64,000 nucleotides of DNA from Hyphomicrobium sp. (lineage in GTDB: Bacteria > Pseudomonadota > Alphaproteobacteria > Rhizobiales > Hyphomicrobiaceae). The notes below the pieces were generated by a model. The model was not told the origin of the DNA. It made no database searches and worked only from the letters and a program-made list of their open reading frames with translations. The position numbers were made by a program, and so were the translations under genes. Below are positions 19,656-30,145 of the stretch, in pieces. The stretch spans positions 6,916 to 70,915 of the forward strand of contig JBGTSB010000003.1 in NCBI GenBank assembly GCA_041940525.1, written 5' to 3'. Every line of letters starts with the position of its first letter. Positions within the stretch are counted from its first letter, which is position 1.

Positions 19656-21950
19656 GTGAGTCAATATTTAATACTTGCACCCTATTATGGCCCACGGCGC
19701 AAAAGGGCTTTTTGGGGCATGGTCACGTCTGACTTTTATGAGCAGCTAAGAAAGAGCTTAAGGGGTTGGTTCCTCAAGTGGAACCCAGCCACGCGGCTGG
19801 CTGGTGCATGCGTCCTAGCGGTTCTTGTAACCGCGTTGTTTCTAACCGCGACGGTGATCTGGTCCGCGTACAAAATCGATAATCGCGAGGTCAAACGGCA
19901 GGCCAGTATGGTCTACCACACGATCCAAGCCTACACGAAAAAGCTGGCTTACGATCAGCAAAGCGTCGTCATTTGGGATGATGCGATCGAGAACATCAAA
20001 ACCGAATTCAATCGTGACTGGATAGAAAACAACATCGGCTCGTGGATGCCGGAGTATTTCCAGCACGACCGGACGTATCTCATCAGGGCCGACGGCGCTG
20101 TCCTCTACGCCAACTTCAACGGTCAAACGCAGCAGTCAATCGATCTGCCGCAAAAGATTAAGCAGCTGAGCGTCGAACTACGCAGGAAGATCGCGGCCGG
20201 CGCGCTCAAGTCATATGAGGCCGGTAAAGGCGCGTTTCCCACGCGGATCGCCTGCGCCATGCTGGACGGACAGCCCGCGATCATAAGCATCGCGCCGATT
20301 ATCTCAGACACCGGCAAATCGCAACCAGCTGGCTCGGAAGCTATGATGGCCAGCGTGCGGTTCTTCGATGCCAAGCTGGTCAAGACGCTGGCGGAAAGCC
20401 ATAAGCTGAAAAACGCCCGCACAATGGCATCCCCCGATGTCGGCCCCGATGAAGCGTTCGTGCCAATCATGGACGACAAGGGCCGCGTGATGACCTACCT
20501 CGCGTGGCTGCCTACGCATCCGGGCTACCACTTGATGTCAGAAATTATGGCTGTTTGGCTTGTCGGCCTGCTGGCGATTGGCATGGTCGTAACATTTCTG
20601 GCGCGCGCAATTCGTGAGGCCTATTTGCGCTTGGCGGAAAGCGAAGCGAAGGCGCAGCACGCGGCTTTGCATGATGTCATGACAGGACTGCCGAACCGCC
20701 AGTACTTCAACGAGCGCTTAGCCGGATCGCTGAAGAAGGCAAAACAGCCCGTATCGTTGCTGCTCTTGGATCTTGACCGGTTCAAGCAGGTCAACGACAC
20801 CATGGGCCACCGCGCGGGCGACGAACTCATTTGTGAACTGGCTGCGCGGTTGAAGAGTTTGCTCCGCCCGGAAGACTTTCTGGCGCGTGTCGGCGGTGAT
20901 GAATTCGTGGTGATTGCAGAAGGCGACGACAGTCAGGGTGAAATCGACGCACTATCCAGTGCCATATCACTGGCCGCGAACAAGCCCTTCACAATTCAAC
21001 AGCGGCGCACATCGATCGGCATCAGCATTGGCATCGCAACTTCGACGAGCGCGCATGGCGACCTAGTTCAAATCACCCGCCAGGCTGACCTTGCGCTCTA
21101 TCGGGCAAAAAATGCAGGCCGCAATCGCATACAGTTCTTTACTGATGAGATGGGCGACAGCTTGCGCGACCGTCACGTGTTGGAGGCGGAACTGCGTACC
21201 GCCCTGGAGACGGGCTCGCAGCTCGAAGTCTATTATCAGCCGGTTTACTGCGCCCGCACGATGCGCGCGGAAGGCGTCGAAGCGCTTGTGAGATGGAATC
21301 ATCCAAGACTTGGCCAGGTCGCGCCGCTGGATTTCATCACGATCGCCGAAGAAAGCGGTCTAATCGACAAGCTTGGATATCACGTTCTTCGCACCGCCTG
21401 CCACGAGTCGCGCGGTTGGAACATAAATACAGTGGCGGTCAATGTCTCTCCGCTTCAGATATTGAAGGCGGACTTTGTCGACAATGTCCTGTCGATCCTC
21501 GAAAGCGCCAAGATGCACCCGAGCCAGCTAGAACTCGAGATCACTGAAGGAACTCTGTTGGATCAGTCTGGCTTTGCCGAAGCGATGCTGAAACGCCTGC
21601 GCGACGAAGGTGTAAAGATTGCTCTCGATGACTTCGGAACCGGCTATTCGTCGTTGAGCTACCTCGTGACCCACAAGGTGGATCGCGTGAAGATTGATCG
21701 CTCCTTCGTCCAGAAGATGGGCCGCGGCTCGCACGCTGATCCTGTCGTGCTCTCAATCGTGACTATGGCGCACTCAGTCGGTCTACAGGTGACGGCCGAG
21801 GGGGTCGAAACAGAAGAGCAGAAGAGCTTGCTCAAGATGATTGGATGCGACGTGCTGCAAGGCTATCACTTCTCGCGTCCCATCCCAGCCGAGCAAGCGG
21901 AGCTTTTGCTGAGAACGGAAGCGGCCGGGATCACTGCTCAACCGGCCTAA
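19656..21950 (+). CDS. Membrane sensor diguanylate cyclase/phosphodiesterase (CHASE4-like, GGDEF, EAL)
   Basis: GGDEF motif (RVGGDEFVVIA), EAL motif (VEALVRW) and DDFGTGYSSL. The N-terminal periplasmic region between two TM helices looks CHASE4-like. The start is uncertain (GTG 19656 or ATG 19719). Confidence 0.85.
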   Translation: MSQYLILAPYYGPRRKRAFWGMVTSDFYEQLRKSLRGWFLKWNPATRLAGACVLAVLVTALFLTATVIWSAYKIDNREVKRQASMVYHTIQAYTKKLAYDQQSVVIWDDAIENIKTEFNRDWIENNIGSWMPEYFQHDRTYLIRADGAVLYANFNGQTQQSIDLPQKIKQLSVELRRKIAAGALKSYEAGKGAFPTRIACAMLDGQPAIISIAPIISDTGKSQPAGSEAMMASVRFFDAKLVKTLAESHKLKNARTMASPDVGPDEAFVPIMDDKGRVMTYLAWLPTHPGYHLMSEIMAVWLVGLLAIGMVVTFLARAIREAYLRLAESEAKAQHAALHDVMTGLPNRQYFNERLAGSLKKAKQPVSLLLLDLDRFKQVNDTMGHRAGDELICELAARLKSLLRPEDFLARVGGDEFVVIAEGDDSQGEIDALSSAISLAANKPFTIQQRRTSIGISIGIATSTSAHGDLVQITRQADLALYRAKNAGRNRIQFFTDEMGDSLRDRHVLEAELRTALETGSQLEVYYQPVYCARTMRAEGVEALVRWNHPRLGQVAPLDFITIAEESGLIDKLGYHVLRTACHESRGWNINTVAVNVSPLQILKADFVDNVLSILESAKMHPSQLELEITEGTLLDQSGFAEAMLKRLRDEGVKIALDDFGTGYSSLSYLVTHKVDRVKIDRSFVQKMGRGSHADPVVLSIVTMAHSVGLQVTAEGVETEEQKSLLKMIGCDVLQGYHFSRPIPAEQAELLLRTEAAGITAQPA

Positions 21951-21959
21951 CTTTCTCCG

Positions 21960-22241
21960 TCAACCGTGATGACGATGGCAGCGGCGCAACCAGATGCGGC
22001 AGCCACCGCGATAGCCACGGCAATCACGAACGTAGTGGCAGTGACGGCCACGGCGGTAACGCTTCCAGCGGCTATATCCACGGCGGCGCCAACCAGCCGT
22101 CTCGGCTAGCATCTTAGAAGCTTCAGGCTTTACTGCGTGACTTCCAGCTGCGCCCATCGGCATGGCCTGAGCGTTACCGGCGGCGAGTGCGGCAGACATC
22201 AGCACCGCGGCGGCCAAGCCGGTTTTGAACTTAAATCCCAT
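21960..22241 (-). CDS. Small secreted, highly cationic Cys/His/Arg-rich peptide (hypothetical)
   Basis: 93 aa. The signal peptide is MGFKFKTGLAAAVLMSAALAAGNAQA. The mature C-terminus is WRRRGYSRWKRYRRGRHCHYVRDCRGYRGGCRIWLRRCHRHHG, with 4 Cys. Confidence 0.45.
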   Translation of the reverse strand: MGFKFKTGLAAAVLMSAALAAGNAQAMPMGAAGSHAVKPEASKMLAETAGWRRRGYSRWKRYRRGRHCHYVRDCRGYRGGCRIWLRRCHRHHG

Positions 22242-22270
22242 CGCGTTTCTCCCTTTAAAGAGCCGGGCCC

Positions 22271-23539
22271 TTAGTCCGCCACAGGATCAAAGCCCAACGT
22301 GTCTCCAACGGCCTTAACACGAATAGCCCCAATCTTGTTACGTGATTTGCGCAGGATCTCAAAGCGATAGCCATAAAAGGTAAACACCTGTCCCGGCTCT
22401 GGGATGCTCTGGGCCTCGTGTATTACCAACCCCGCAATCGTGGTCGCCGTCTCTTCCGGCAGATCCCAGGACATATGCCGGTTCACGTCGCGCACCGGCA
22501 CCGTACCGTCGACGTTTACGGTTCCATCCGCCTGATGTCGGATCTGAGCGTCGTGTGTGTCGTGCTCATCAGCGATCTGGCCGACAATTTCCTCGAGGAT
22601 GTCCTCCAGCGTGATCAGGCCTTGGACCTCGCCATACTCGTCCACGACAAGCGCCATCTGCGCCTTGAGCTTGAGGAAGGCGTTAAGCTGATGCTTGAGG
22701 CTGGTCGTATCAGGCACGAACCATGGCGGTGCCGCGAAGCTCATAATGTCGAGCTTGCTCACATCCCAACCGGTCTTGCCAAGCGCGATGAGGATGTCCT
22801 TCGTGTGAACGACGCCGACGATGTTCTCTTGCTTGTCCTGCCACAGCGGGATGCGGGTAAACGGCGACCGCAAAATGTCATCCAAAATTGATTGCGGGCT
22901 ATCGCCGGCGTTGATCGTTTCCATCTTTGTGCGATGGATCATCAAGTCGGCGACATGCAGCTCGCTCAAGTCTAGCTGCGTGCTCGGTGGCGGCTTGCGG
23001 CTTTCTTCCGCACCGGGCCGCTCCTGCGAGACCGTGCTGCCTCCGTTGCGGCCATCATCATGGATAGCGGCTGCGCTAGGCTGTCCAAACCCAATCCGGC
23101 AGGCTGACGCGACAAGCTCAGAAATCGGGGCCAGTACGGCGACGGCGGGTCGTAGGACCGGCGCACTCCAAAGCGTTACGGTCTCGGGAAAGGCTTGCCC
23201 GGCGGACTTCGGTAACAGCGTTGCGAACACCGCGATCGCCAGAACCATAACGACGCCGGCATAGACTGGTCCGGTTTCGCCAGCCGTCCGGAACGCGAAC
23301 CAGGAGGCCAGCACGATTGCAAGAACAGTGGCCAATGTCTGCCCGAGGAAGACGGCGTTGGATGTTCGCTCTGGATTAGCCAAAAGGCGCAGCGCGTCGG
23401 CCGAACCCGTCGCACCCTTGCCGCGCGCAGCTTGCACCTGAGCAGGATCCACAGTCTTGAGCGCGGCATCGGCTGCGTTGAAGAATGCCGTGATCGCAAT
23501 CAGGACGATGATTGCAACGGGCAAAAGTTCGAGCGACAT
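22271..23539 (-). CDS. CNNM/TlyC-family transporter-associated protein (DUF21, CBS pair, CorC_HlyC)
   Basis: N-terminal TM domain, a CBS-pair region (ADLMIHRTKMETI...IVGVVHTKDIL), and a C-terminal CorC/HlyC-type domain (VNVDGTVPVRDVNRHMSWDLPEE...FTFYGYRFEIL). Confidence 0.85.
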   Translation of the reverse strand: MSLELLPVAIIVLIAITAFFNAADAALKTVDPAQVQAARGKGATGSADALRLLANPERTSNAVFLGQTLATVLAIVLASWFAFRTAGETGPVYAGVVMVLAIAVFATLLPKSAGQAFPETVTLWSAPVLRPAVAVLAPISELVASACRIGFGQPSAAAIHDDGRNGGSTVSQERPGAEESRKPPPSTQLDLSELHVADLMIHRTKMETINAGDSPQSILDDILRSPFTRIPLWQDKQENIVGVVHTKDILIALGKTGWDVSKLDIMSFAAPPWFVPDTTSLKHQLNAFLKLKAQMALVVDEYGEVQGLITLEDILEEIVGQIADEHDTHDAQIRHQADGTVNVDGTVPVRDVNRHMSWDLPEETATTIAGLVIHEAQSIPEPGQVFTFYGYRFEILRKSRNKIGAIRVKAVGDTLGFDPVAD

Positions 23540-23554
23540 GACTGAGCAAGTTTC

Positions 23555-25624
23555 CTATTGAGCGTCCGCGCGGCTGCCGTCGCTAGAGCCGTTATCGGCT
23601 GGCTGAGTGTTGCCTGCCGAAGTCCGTGAAACGGCGCTGACTAGCATGATCAGGATAAGCCCAACAGGCAACCCGAATATGGCGGCCCAAAGCCGGTGAA
23701 TACCGAACCAGTTCGCCGCACCCGGCGTGGAATTGACGCCCTGAGCGTAGTCGAAAACGGCTTTCTCCGCAGCCGCCAATTGCTCCGGCCCGGCCGACTG
23801 CACGTCCTGGCGGAGGAACTCTATTTCCTCGTGTCCCAAAGGCCCACCGTCGGACAGCGCGCCCGTCAGATCGTAAAACGTGACCGGGGCATACTGCGTG
23901 CCAGCCAGATAGACCAGCGTAACCACCAAACCTCCAGCCATGCCGGCAACGGCGCCCGCTCGCGTCACCCACGGCCAGCGCACCGCCGTCAACATCACCG
24001 GGAACAGTCCCGCAGCCGCGATCGCGAAAGCAAGGGCCGCAAGGGTCATGGGCTCGGCATCGCAAGCCACCGCCGCGGCGGCCGCGGCAATAGCGAGAAT
24101 TGGTCCGCATAGCCGCGCCCAAATTCCTACCCGGCCATCGCTCGGCTCCGCAGGGCAACGGCTGATGCAACACCCCAGCGTCTCGGCGGCGCGCCCGCCG
24201 GCCCATGCGGTGGCAAGTGCTGTGGCAAGCGCGGCAAGAATACCGCCAAGGGCGAAGATGGTCTGCCAATGCTTCGGCAACCCGCCCAACGCCAAGCCAA
24301 GAGAAGCCACGTTATGCGGTGCGACCGTGATTGAACTTTCGGTGACCTTGCCGCTCTCGTCGCCCTTGGCCGAAGCGGCGGCAGGAAGGATCCGCGTGCG
24401 CCAGGCCTGTCCAGCCAGCTGCATCGTATCGCAACCGCCTGCTTGCGCTGCCGACGTCACGGCTTGCCGCACACCATCCGGTTGCTCCGCCCATTCCAAA
24501 GCCGAAACTTTGTTGTGCAGCCGCAGCCAACGGTCAGCGTTCTCAATTTCTCTGCCACCTTTCAGCGCCGCGTTCACATCGTAACACAAGCGCGCCGAGA
24601 CCCCATGAACACGAACGCCGCCTGCGTCGAAAGAGGACGGCATATCTGCCAGAGAGAGAGACTTGGAGAGCTGCTCATAAAGCGAAACTTTAGTCAGTGC
24701 CGCGTACGCGGGAACACCGGCCAAGACGACGATGGAGACTAGAACAGCCCATGCTGTTGCCATACTGGCATGCCGCGCTCCGCGCGCAGTGAACGTCTGT
24801 ACGACAAGGTGAGGCAGAACCGCTGTGCCTGCCGCCAGACAAACGATCATCGCCACCATATTCGCCGGATCGGTCTGTAGGAACGGCCGCGTGTGCGGAC
24901 GCAGTGTGATCGCGTTTGCGAGTTGGTCCGTGATGAGCTTCACCTCAAGCTCGCGGATGTCGGCAAGCGCTTGCCCGTAAAGAAGGTGGCCGAACGGCAA
25001 GCCATACCGGTCCAGACTCATCGCTGAAAGCGGCAGCACGTGCGCGGCGAGAATGCCGACAACAAGCGTGGCGCAGAGCCACGTCACAGCGCGCAGTCCG
25101 CCGGCGGCTAACACGAGACCAACCAACACAGCCGCGACCCCGGCAGCCATTGCAAACGGAACCGCGAAACCGGACTGGGCGAAGTTGCCGAGCATAGTCA
25201 GCTGCGCCACGAGCAGGAGGGCACAAATCACTAAAACGATGAAAGCACTGAGAAGCCGGACCGCTCTGCTGCCACCGAACCGCGCCGACAGGTAGCGGGG
25301 AATCGACCCACCAGTGTTAGCGCCATCAAACCCGGGTGCGATCAAGACACCGAGCAGCACGAGCCCAGCCGTCAACCCGATGAGCCAAGCCAAAGCATCG
25401 CTGCCTGTATAGAAAATCGCGCCTGTCAGCTCGGCGAACGGAGCCGCCGACAAGAACGCGCCTGCCAGCGCAAGGCCAGCAAACACAGCAGGGACTTGCG
25501 CGCCTGCGAAATCGTATCGCTCTTGCAGGCGCGTGAAGGCTGCCAACCCAACCAGCAAAAACAATACCGCGGTGATCAAAAGCAAAAGCAGTGTAGGAGA
25601 AACGGAGGACAAACTTTCCATCAT
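23555..25624 (-). CDS. Solute:sodium symporter family permease (the type that partners with DUF4212)
   Basis: 689-aa polytopic membrane protein, translationally coupled to the upstream DUF4212-like gene. It contains a hydrophilic insertion of about 120 aa in the middle. Confidence 0.7.
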   Translation of the reverse strand: MMESLSSVSPTLLLLLITAVLFLLVGLAAFTRLQERYDFAGAQVPAVFAGLALAGAFLSAAPFAELTGAIFYTGSDALAWLIGLTAGLVLLGVLIAPGFDGANTGGSIPRYLSARFGGSRAVRLLSAFIVLVICALLLVAQLTMLGNFAQSGFAVPFAMAAGVAAVLVGLVLAAGGLRAVTWLCATLVVGILAAHVLPLSAMSLDRYGLPFGHLLYGQALADIRELEVKLITDQLANAITLRPHTRPFLQTDPANMVAMIVCLAAGTAVLPHLVVQTFTARGARHASMATAWAVLVSIVVLAGVPAYAALTKVSLYEQLSKSLSLADMPSSFDAGGVRVHGVSARLCYDVNAALKGGREIENADRWLRLHNKVSALEWAEQPDGVRQAVTSAAQAGGCDTMQLAGQAWRTRILPAAASAKGDESGKVTESSITVAPHNVASLGLALGGLPKHWQTIFALGGILAALATALATAWAGGRAAETLGCCISRCPAEPSDGRVGIWARLCGPILAIAAAAAAVACDAEPMTLAALAFAIAAAGLFPVMLTAVRWPWVTRAGAVAGMAGGLVVTLVYLAGTQYAPVTFYDLTGALSDGGPLGHEEIEFLRQDVQSAGPEQLAAAEKAVFDYAQGVNSTPGAANWFGIHRLWAAIFGLPVGLILIMLVSAVSRTSAGNTQPADNGSSDGSRADAQ

Positions 25625-25625
25625 G

Positions 25626-26027
25626 TCAGTCCTTGCCCTTCATGCGGGCCTGCCATCCGGCGAACAGGAAAATCAGCACGGCAAAGACGATGAGAATGCC
25701 TTGACCAGCAAGGTAGTGCCCCAAGGGAAAGCCAGCCGCGGCGACGAGGTTCAGCGGATCAATCAGAAACGGCGTTAGCAGGCCGAACAGCATCACCAAG
25801 CAGCTGATCGTCCAAGCCAGCCGCGAAAGGCGTAGCCCAGCTTGGCCGGCCTCGGTTCGCTTCAAGGCAATCCGGTAAGCGCCGCGAAGGATCAACATGG
25901 CGCCGGCGGCTGCCATCACTGCCAGAAACAATGCGCCAACAGGAAATGGGATGATGCCGTCCAAAAGTCCGGAGGCGGTCAAGGCCACGGCCAAGATGAT
26001 CAGAGTGCCAAGGCCAATCTCGATCAT
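25626..26027 (-). CDS. DUF4212-like small membrane subunit of the solute:sodium symporter
   Basis: The C-terminus GFPLGHYLAGQGILIVFAVLIFLFAGWQARM resembles the DUF4212 signature. The stop lies 1 nt from the symporter start. The start is uncertain (ATG 26027 chosen). Confidence 0.55.
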   Translation of the reverse strand: MIEIGLGTLIILAVALTASGLLDGIIPFPVGALFLAVMAAAGAMLILRGAYRIALKRTEAGQAGLRLSRLAWTISCLVMLFGLLTPFLIDPLNLVAAAGFPLGHYLAGQGILIVFAVLIFLFAGWQARMKGKD

Positions 26028-26254
26028 TTGGAAGCGATGACCCCGGCTGGTTGGCCACAGGACGGACCTTGCCCTTGCCCTGGGCACGAGGCGATGCGGA
26101 TTAAGCATCGCCCCGGCTTCTTCCCTAGACTTGGACCGTTCTTTGGGGCCTGACGAGCAGGCCCGTACATCAGGTGATCCTGCCTGTGCACGCGGCGACA
26201 ATGTGAGGTGAAGTGCCGCATGTCAAGACGCTGACAGCGCTGACGAATGAGAAA

Positions 26255-26899
26255 TCACGACGTGGCCAGCCTACATTCCTCGTCGGCGGGCAGCGGATCG
26301 CATTTGGTCGATTGAACGCAGGACTTCATGGCTTCCCGCGTTTCACTGGAATAGACGCCGGAGATCGTTCCGCTGTAGAGCCCGAAATTAGCCAGCCCGC
26401 ATTGATAGAGCCTCACTATTCTTTCCCCACCGTAGCGGACGGCCCGCTCGTAATCGGCTAATGCACGGCTTGGCCGGCCCAACGTCTGATGGATATGAGC
26501 CCGCGTATCGTGCGCATGGGCACTGCTGGGCTGCAACTTCAAGGACCGTTCAACGTCCCTCATGCCCCGCTCGGCTTGGCCCGTCTTATAATAAGCCCAG
26601 GCACGATTGTTCAAAGCAATCGCCGAGTTCGGATCAAGCGCGATGGCCTGGTCATAGTCCGGCAAGGCGCGGTCATACTTTGATTGCAGAGAATATGCGA
26701 GCGCGCGCATGGCGTAGGCCAAGCTTTTTTCAGCTTTGGTAAGGCCTGGGATTTTCAAGAAATCAGTACAGCCAGTAATGCGGCGGTGATTGTCCTGGCT
26801 AAAGCAATCCGCGATGGTGTCGCTGCGCGCCGCCCCGCCACACACGAGCGCCGTGACAACGAGCAACACTCCAATCAACTTTGGCCGGGCATTCCACAC
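26255..26899 (-). CDS. Secreted TPR-repeat protein with a C-terminal peptidoglycan-binding-like segment
   Basis: Signal peptide followed by TPR repeats (YDRALPDYDQAIALDPNSAIALNNRAWAYYKTGQ...). The C-terminus LYQCGLANFGLYSGTISGVYSSETREAMKSC resembles PG_binding_1. Confidence 0.7.
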   Translation of the reverse strand: MWNARPKLIGVLLVVTALVCGGAARSDTIADCFSQDNHRRITGCTDFLKIPGLTKAEKSLAYAMRALAYSLQSKYDRALPDYDQAIALDPNSAIALNNRAWAYYKTGQAERGMRDVERSLKLQPSSAHAHDTRAHIHQTLGRPSRALADYERAVRYGGERIVRLYQCGLANFGLYSGTISGVYSSETREAMKSCVQSTKCDPLPADEECRLATS

Positions 26900-27062
26900 G
26901 TTAGACCGGACCTTCTGAACGGTTCATGGCTCGGAAAAATTAACGCTTATCAGCGCTGAAAGATACGGTGATGGTTAAATGCGGCGACAAGGCGTTCTAT
27001 TTCCTGCATTCCACCTCTACTATGACTAGTCAGGATCTGCTGGAAAGCGAAGGCTTATACCT

Positions 27063-28301
27063 TTGAAAAATCGCATCCTTCTCATCATTGGGGGCGGCAT
27101 CGCCGCTTACAAGTGCCTCGACCTGATCCGCCGCCTGCGCGAGCGTTCGATCGGCGTGCGCACTGTTCTGACCGCCGCGGCCGGGCAGTTCGTCACGCCA
27201 TTGTCCGTCGGCGCGTTGTCGAACGATCGCGTCTTCAGCAATTTGTTTGATCTGAACGATGAGCGCGAGATCGGCCACATCCGCTTGAGCCGTGAAGCCG
27301 ACCTCATTGTCATCGCTCCCGCGACGGCCGACTTGCTCGCCAAAATGGCAGGCGGCCACGCCAACGATCTGGCGACGAGTGTGCTGCTGGCAACCGACAA
27401 ACCTGTGCTGGCCGCCCCGGCAATGAATCCGCGCATGTGGCACCACCCCGCCACGCAGCGCAACGTCGCTCAGCTGAAGCAGGACGGCGTATCCTTTATC
27501 GGGCCAGCCAGCGGAGAAATGGCCGAAAGCAACGAAGCCGGCATGGGCAGGCTGGCCGAAGTGGCAGACCTCGTTGATGCCATCGAACAGCAATTGGCTT
27601 CAGACAAAGGTAAGTCGTCATCGACGGGAGGTGCCTTGGAAGGCCGCCACGTCCTTATCACCAGCGGCCCAACGCATGAGCCGATTGATCCCGTGCGCTA
27701 TATCGCCAACCGCTCGTCTGGCAAGCAGGGGCATGCGATCGCCGCAGCCGCCGCACAAGCTGGCGCACGCGTTACGCTGGTCTCAGGCCCTGTTGCCTTG
27801 CCAGACCCAAAAGGCGTCGCCGTACTTCACGTAGAGACAGCGGCGCAGATGCTAGACGCCGTACGCGAAAGCCTTCCCGCCGACGTCGCCATCTTCACCG
27901 CCGCCGTTGCCGACTGGCGTGCCGCAGCCTCTTCTCCGTCCAAGATCAAGAAGGGGCGGGCGAAGACGCCGTCTAGCCTCGAGCTGGTCGAGAACGAAGA
28001 CATCCTTAGAACGGTCGCGTCCGCGCGCCGTAAGCGCCCGGGCCTTGTCATTGGCTTTGCGGCCGAAACGGACGACGTGGTCAACTACGCGCGCAAGAAG
28101 CGTAAGGACAAAGGCGCCGACTGGATCGTTGCCAACGACGTGTCACCGTCGACGGGCATTATGGGTGGTGATCGTAATCGTGTTCATCTGCTGACGGGCT
28201 CCGGCATGGAAGAATGGCCGGAGATGTCCAAGGACGCAGTCGCCCAGCGGCTGATTGAACGCGCCGCCGGCCATATTAATCGCGAGCAGGTCAAGCCGTG
28301 A
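27063..28301 (+). CDS. coaBC: Bifunctional phosphopantothenoylcysteine decarboxylase / phosphopantothenate-cysteine ligase
   Basis: TTG start. [28 protein letters not shown] and [25 protein letters not shown] are CoaC and CoaB signatures. Confidence 0.9.
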   Translation: MKNRILLIIGGGIAAYKCLDLIRRLRERSIGVRTVLTAAAGQFVTPLSVGALSNDRVFSNLFDLNDEREIGHIRLSREADLIVIAPATADLLAKMAGGHANDLATSVLLATDKPVLAAPAMNPRMWHHPATQRNVAQLKQDGVSFIGPASGEMAESNEAGMGRLAEVADLVDAIEQQLASDKGKSSSTGGALEGRHVLITSGPTHEPIDPVRYIANRSSGKQGHAIAAAAAQAGARVTLVSGPVALPDPKGVAVLHVETAAQMLDAVRESLPADVAIFTAAVADWRAAASSPSKIKKGRAKTPSSLELVENEDILRTVASARRKRPGLVIGFAAETDDVVNYARKKRKDKGADWIVANDVSPSTGIMGGDRNRVHLLTGSGMEEWPEMSKDAVAQRLIERAAGHINREQVKP

Positions 28302-28846
28302 GCAAGAAAACGAAAGTCAAAGTCTCGTACCTGCCGCACGGCGAAGGCCTGCCGCTGCCTGAATATCAAACGCCCGGCGCTGCGGGGCTCGATCTGCTGG
28401 CCGCTATCGGCGGCGACAGGCCCCTCATGGTGCAGCCCGGAGAACGCGTCGCCGTCCCGGCCGGGTTCATGATGGAGCTGTCGGAAGATTTTGAAGCACA
28501 GGTCCGGCCACGCTCTGGCCTGGCGATCAAGCACGGGCTAACGGTCCTCAACGCACCTGGAACGATCGACTCCGATTATCGCGGCGAGGTGCAGGTGCTG
28601 CTGATCAATCTCGGGCAAAGCCCGGCCATGATCCAGCGCGGCGACCGCATTGCACAAATGGTGATTGCGCCGGTGATGCAGGTGAAGCTGCGCAAGACGG
28701 CAAAGCTATCGAAGACCAAGAGGGCCGGCGGCGGCTTGGGTTCAACCGGCAAGAGTTCGCCAGAAAAGAAAAACAAAGATCCAAGTAAGCAGAAAAAGAA
28801 GAACGCCATGCCCAAAAAGCGCGGAAAAAAGACAAAAGCCGCCTGA
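28298..28846 (+). CDS. dut: dUTP diphosphatase with a Lys-rich C-terminal tail
   Basis: [24 protein letters not shown] and GGLGSTG are the dUTPase motifs. The GTG start overlaps the coaBC stop (GTGA). A further 31 aa of K-rich sequence follows motif V. Confidence 0.9.
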   Translation: MSKKTKVKVSYLPHGEGLPLPEYQTPGAAGLDLLAAIGGDRPLMVQPGERVAVPAGFMMELSEDFEAQVRPRSGLAIKHGLTVLNAPGTIDSDYRGEVQVLLINLGQSPAMIQRGDRIAQMVIAPVMQVKLRKTAKLSKTKRAGGGLGSTGKSSPEKKNKDPSKQKKKNAMPKKRGKKTKAA

Positions 28847-28988
28847 AAGCGCTAGTCTGTGACCGAAGCCTAATGCAGTGGCCGCAGATATACAGGAAAC
28901 CAGGGCTTGAGAGCCGGCCCGTTTCTTGACAAGACATACGCAGCCAATGCGGCACAATCCCTGAAAGTCTGAAAAGAGGCGCCTTCCC

Positions 28989-29981
28989 ATGAATGAAATC
29001 ACAGACATAAAGACACTGAAGGCCACGACGTCTTGGGGCCGGGGCCGTGTCTACAACGACATCACCGAAACGATTGGCCATACGCCCCTGGTGAAACTGG
29101 CCAAGATCGGCAAGGAGTCCGGCGCCAAGGCTGACATCCTGCTGAAGCTCGAGTTCTTCAACCCGCTCTCCAGCGTGAAAGACCGTATCGGCGTATCCAT
29201 GATTGACGTGTTGGAAGCCGAGGGCCGCATCACGCCAGGCAAGACCGTGTTGATCGAACCGACATCCGGCAACACGGGCGTCGGCCTCGCCTTCGTCTGT
29301 GCCTCGCGCGGATACAAGCTGCAACTGGTGATGCCCGAGTCGATGTCGATCGAGCGCCGCAAGATCCTGTCTCATCTCGGCGCCGAACTCGTATTGACGC
29401 CGGCCGCGGCCGGTATGCCCGGCGCTATCGAGAAAGCCAACGAGCTTCTGGCCAGCACGCCGGATGCCATCCAGCCGAGCCAGTTCGAAAACCCGGCCAA
29501 CCCCGCCGTTCACGCACGCACCACGGCGGAAGAGATCTGGCGCGATACCGACGGCAAGGTCGACGCGATTGTTGTCGGCGTCGGCACGGGCGGAACGCTC
29601 ACCGGCGTCGGCCGCGTCCTGAAACCGCGCAAGCCGGACCTGAAGATGATCGCCGTTGAACCGACAGGCAGCCCCGTGCTGTCCGGCGGCAATCGCGGTC
29701 CTCATAAAATTCAAGGCATCGGCGCGGGCTTCGCGCCCAAGGTCCTCGACCGGTCTCTTATCGACGAAGTCGTCACCGTCTCCAACGAGATGGCGTTCGA
29801 TGTCTCCCGCCTCGTTGCTAAGACGGAAGGCATTCCCGGCGGCATTTCCACCGGTGCCAACGTCGCCGCCGCGATCTCCGTCGCGACCCGGCCAGAGTAC
29901 GCCGGCAAGACGATCGTCACCTTCGCGCCGTCGTCGGCAGAGCGCTACTTCTCGTCGGAGCTGTTCCTCGAGCCGAACTAA
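28989..29981 (+). CDS. cysK: Cysteine synthase A (O-acetylserine sulfhydrylase)
   Basis: [22 protein letters not shown] (PLP-binding lysine) and [12 protein letters not shown] are present. Confidence 0.9.
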   Translation: MNEITDIKTLKATTSWGRGRVYNDITETIGHTPLVKLAKIGKESGAKADILLKLEFFNPLSSVKDRIGVSMIDVLEAEGRITPGKTVLIEPTSGNTGVGLAFVCASRGYKLQLVMPESMSIERRKILSHLGAELVLTPAAAGMPGAIEKANELLASTPDAIQPSQFENPANPAVHARTTAEEIWRDTDGKVDAIVVGVGTGGTLTGVGRVLKPRKPDLKMIAVEPTGSPVLSGGNRGPHKIQGIGAGFAPKVLDRSLIDEVVTVSNEMAFDVSRLVAKTEGIPGGISTGANVAAAISVATRPEYAGKTIVTFAPSSAERYFSSELFLEPN

Positions 29982-30011
29982 GTCTCGAGCGTTCTGCAAA
30001 GAGTTTGAGAT

Positions 30012-30043
30012 AGGCGGGATCTGCAGTCCCGCCTTTCCTTTTT
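30012..30043 (+). terminator. Rho-independent terminator of cysK
   Basis: AGGCGGGA (30012-30019), loop TCTGCAG, then TCCCGCCT (30027-30034), followed by TTCCTTTTT. Confidence 0.7.
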
Positions 30044-30145
30044 GGAATAGCGGATGCGCTTTGAAGTCAAGCGTCACCAATCAGTCACAGAGGTCCATTC
30101 CGAATCGGACTAGCATCAAGAATGCCTGTCAACGGGAGACCTCTG

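Noticed and set aside
28605-30080. 491-aa minus-strand ORF spanning dut and cysK.
   Set aside because: It is antisense to two genes with unmistakable conserved motifs. Its translation is Arg/Gly/Ala-rich with no recognisable domain. This is a typical shadow ORF of GC-rich DNA.
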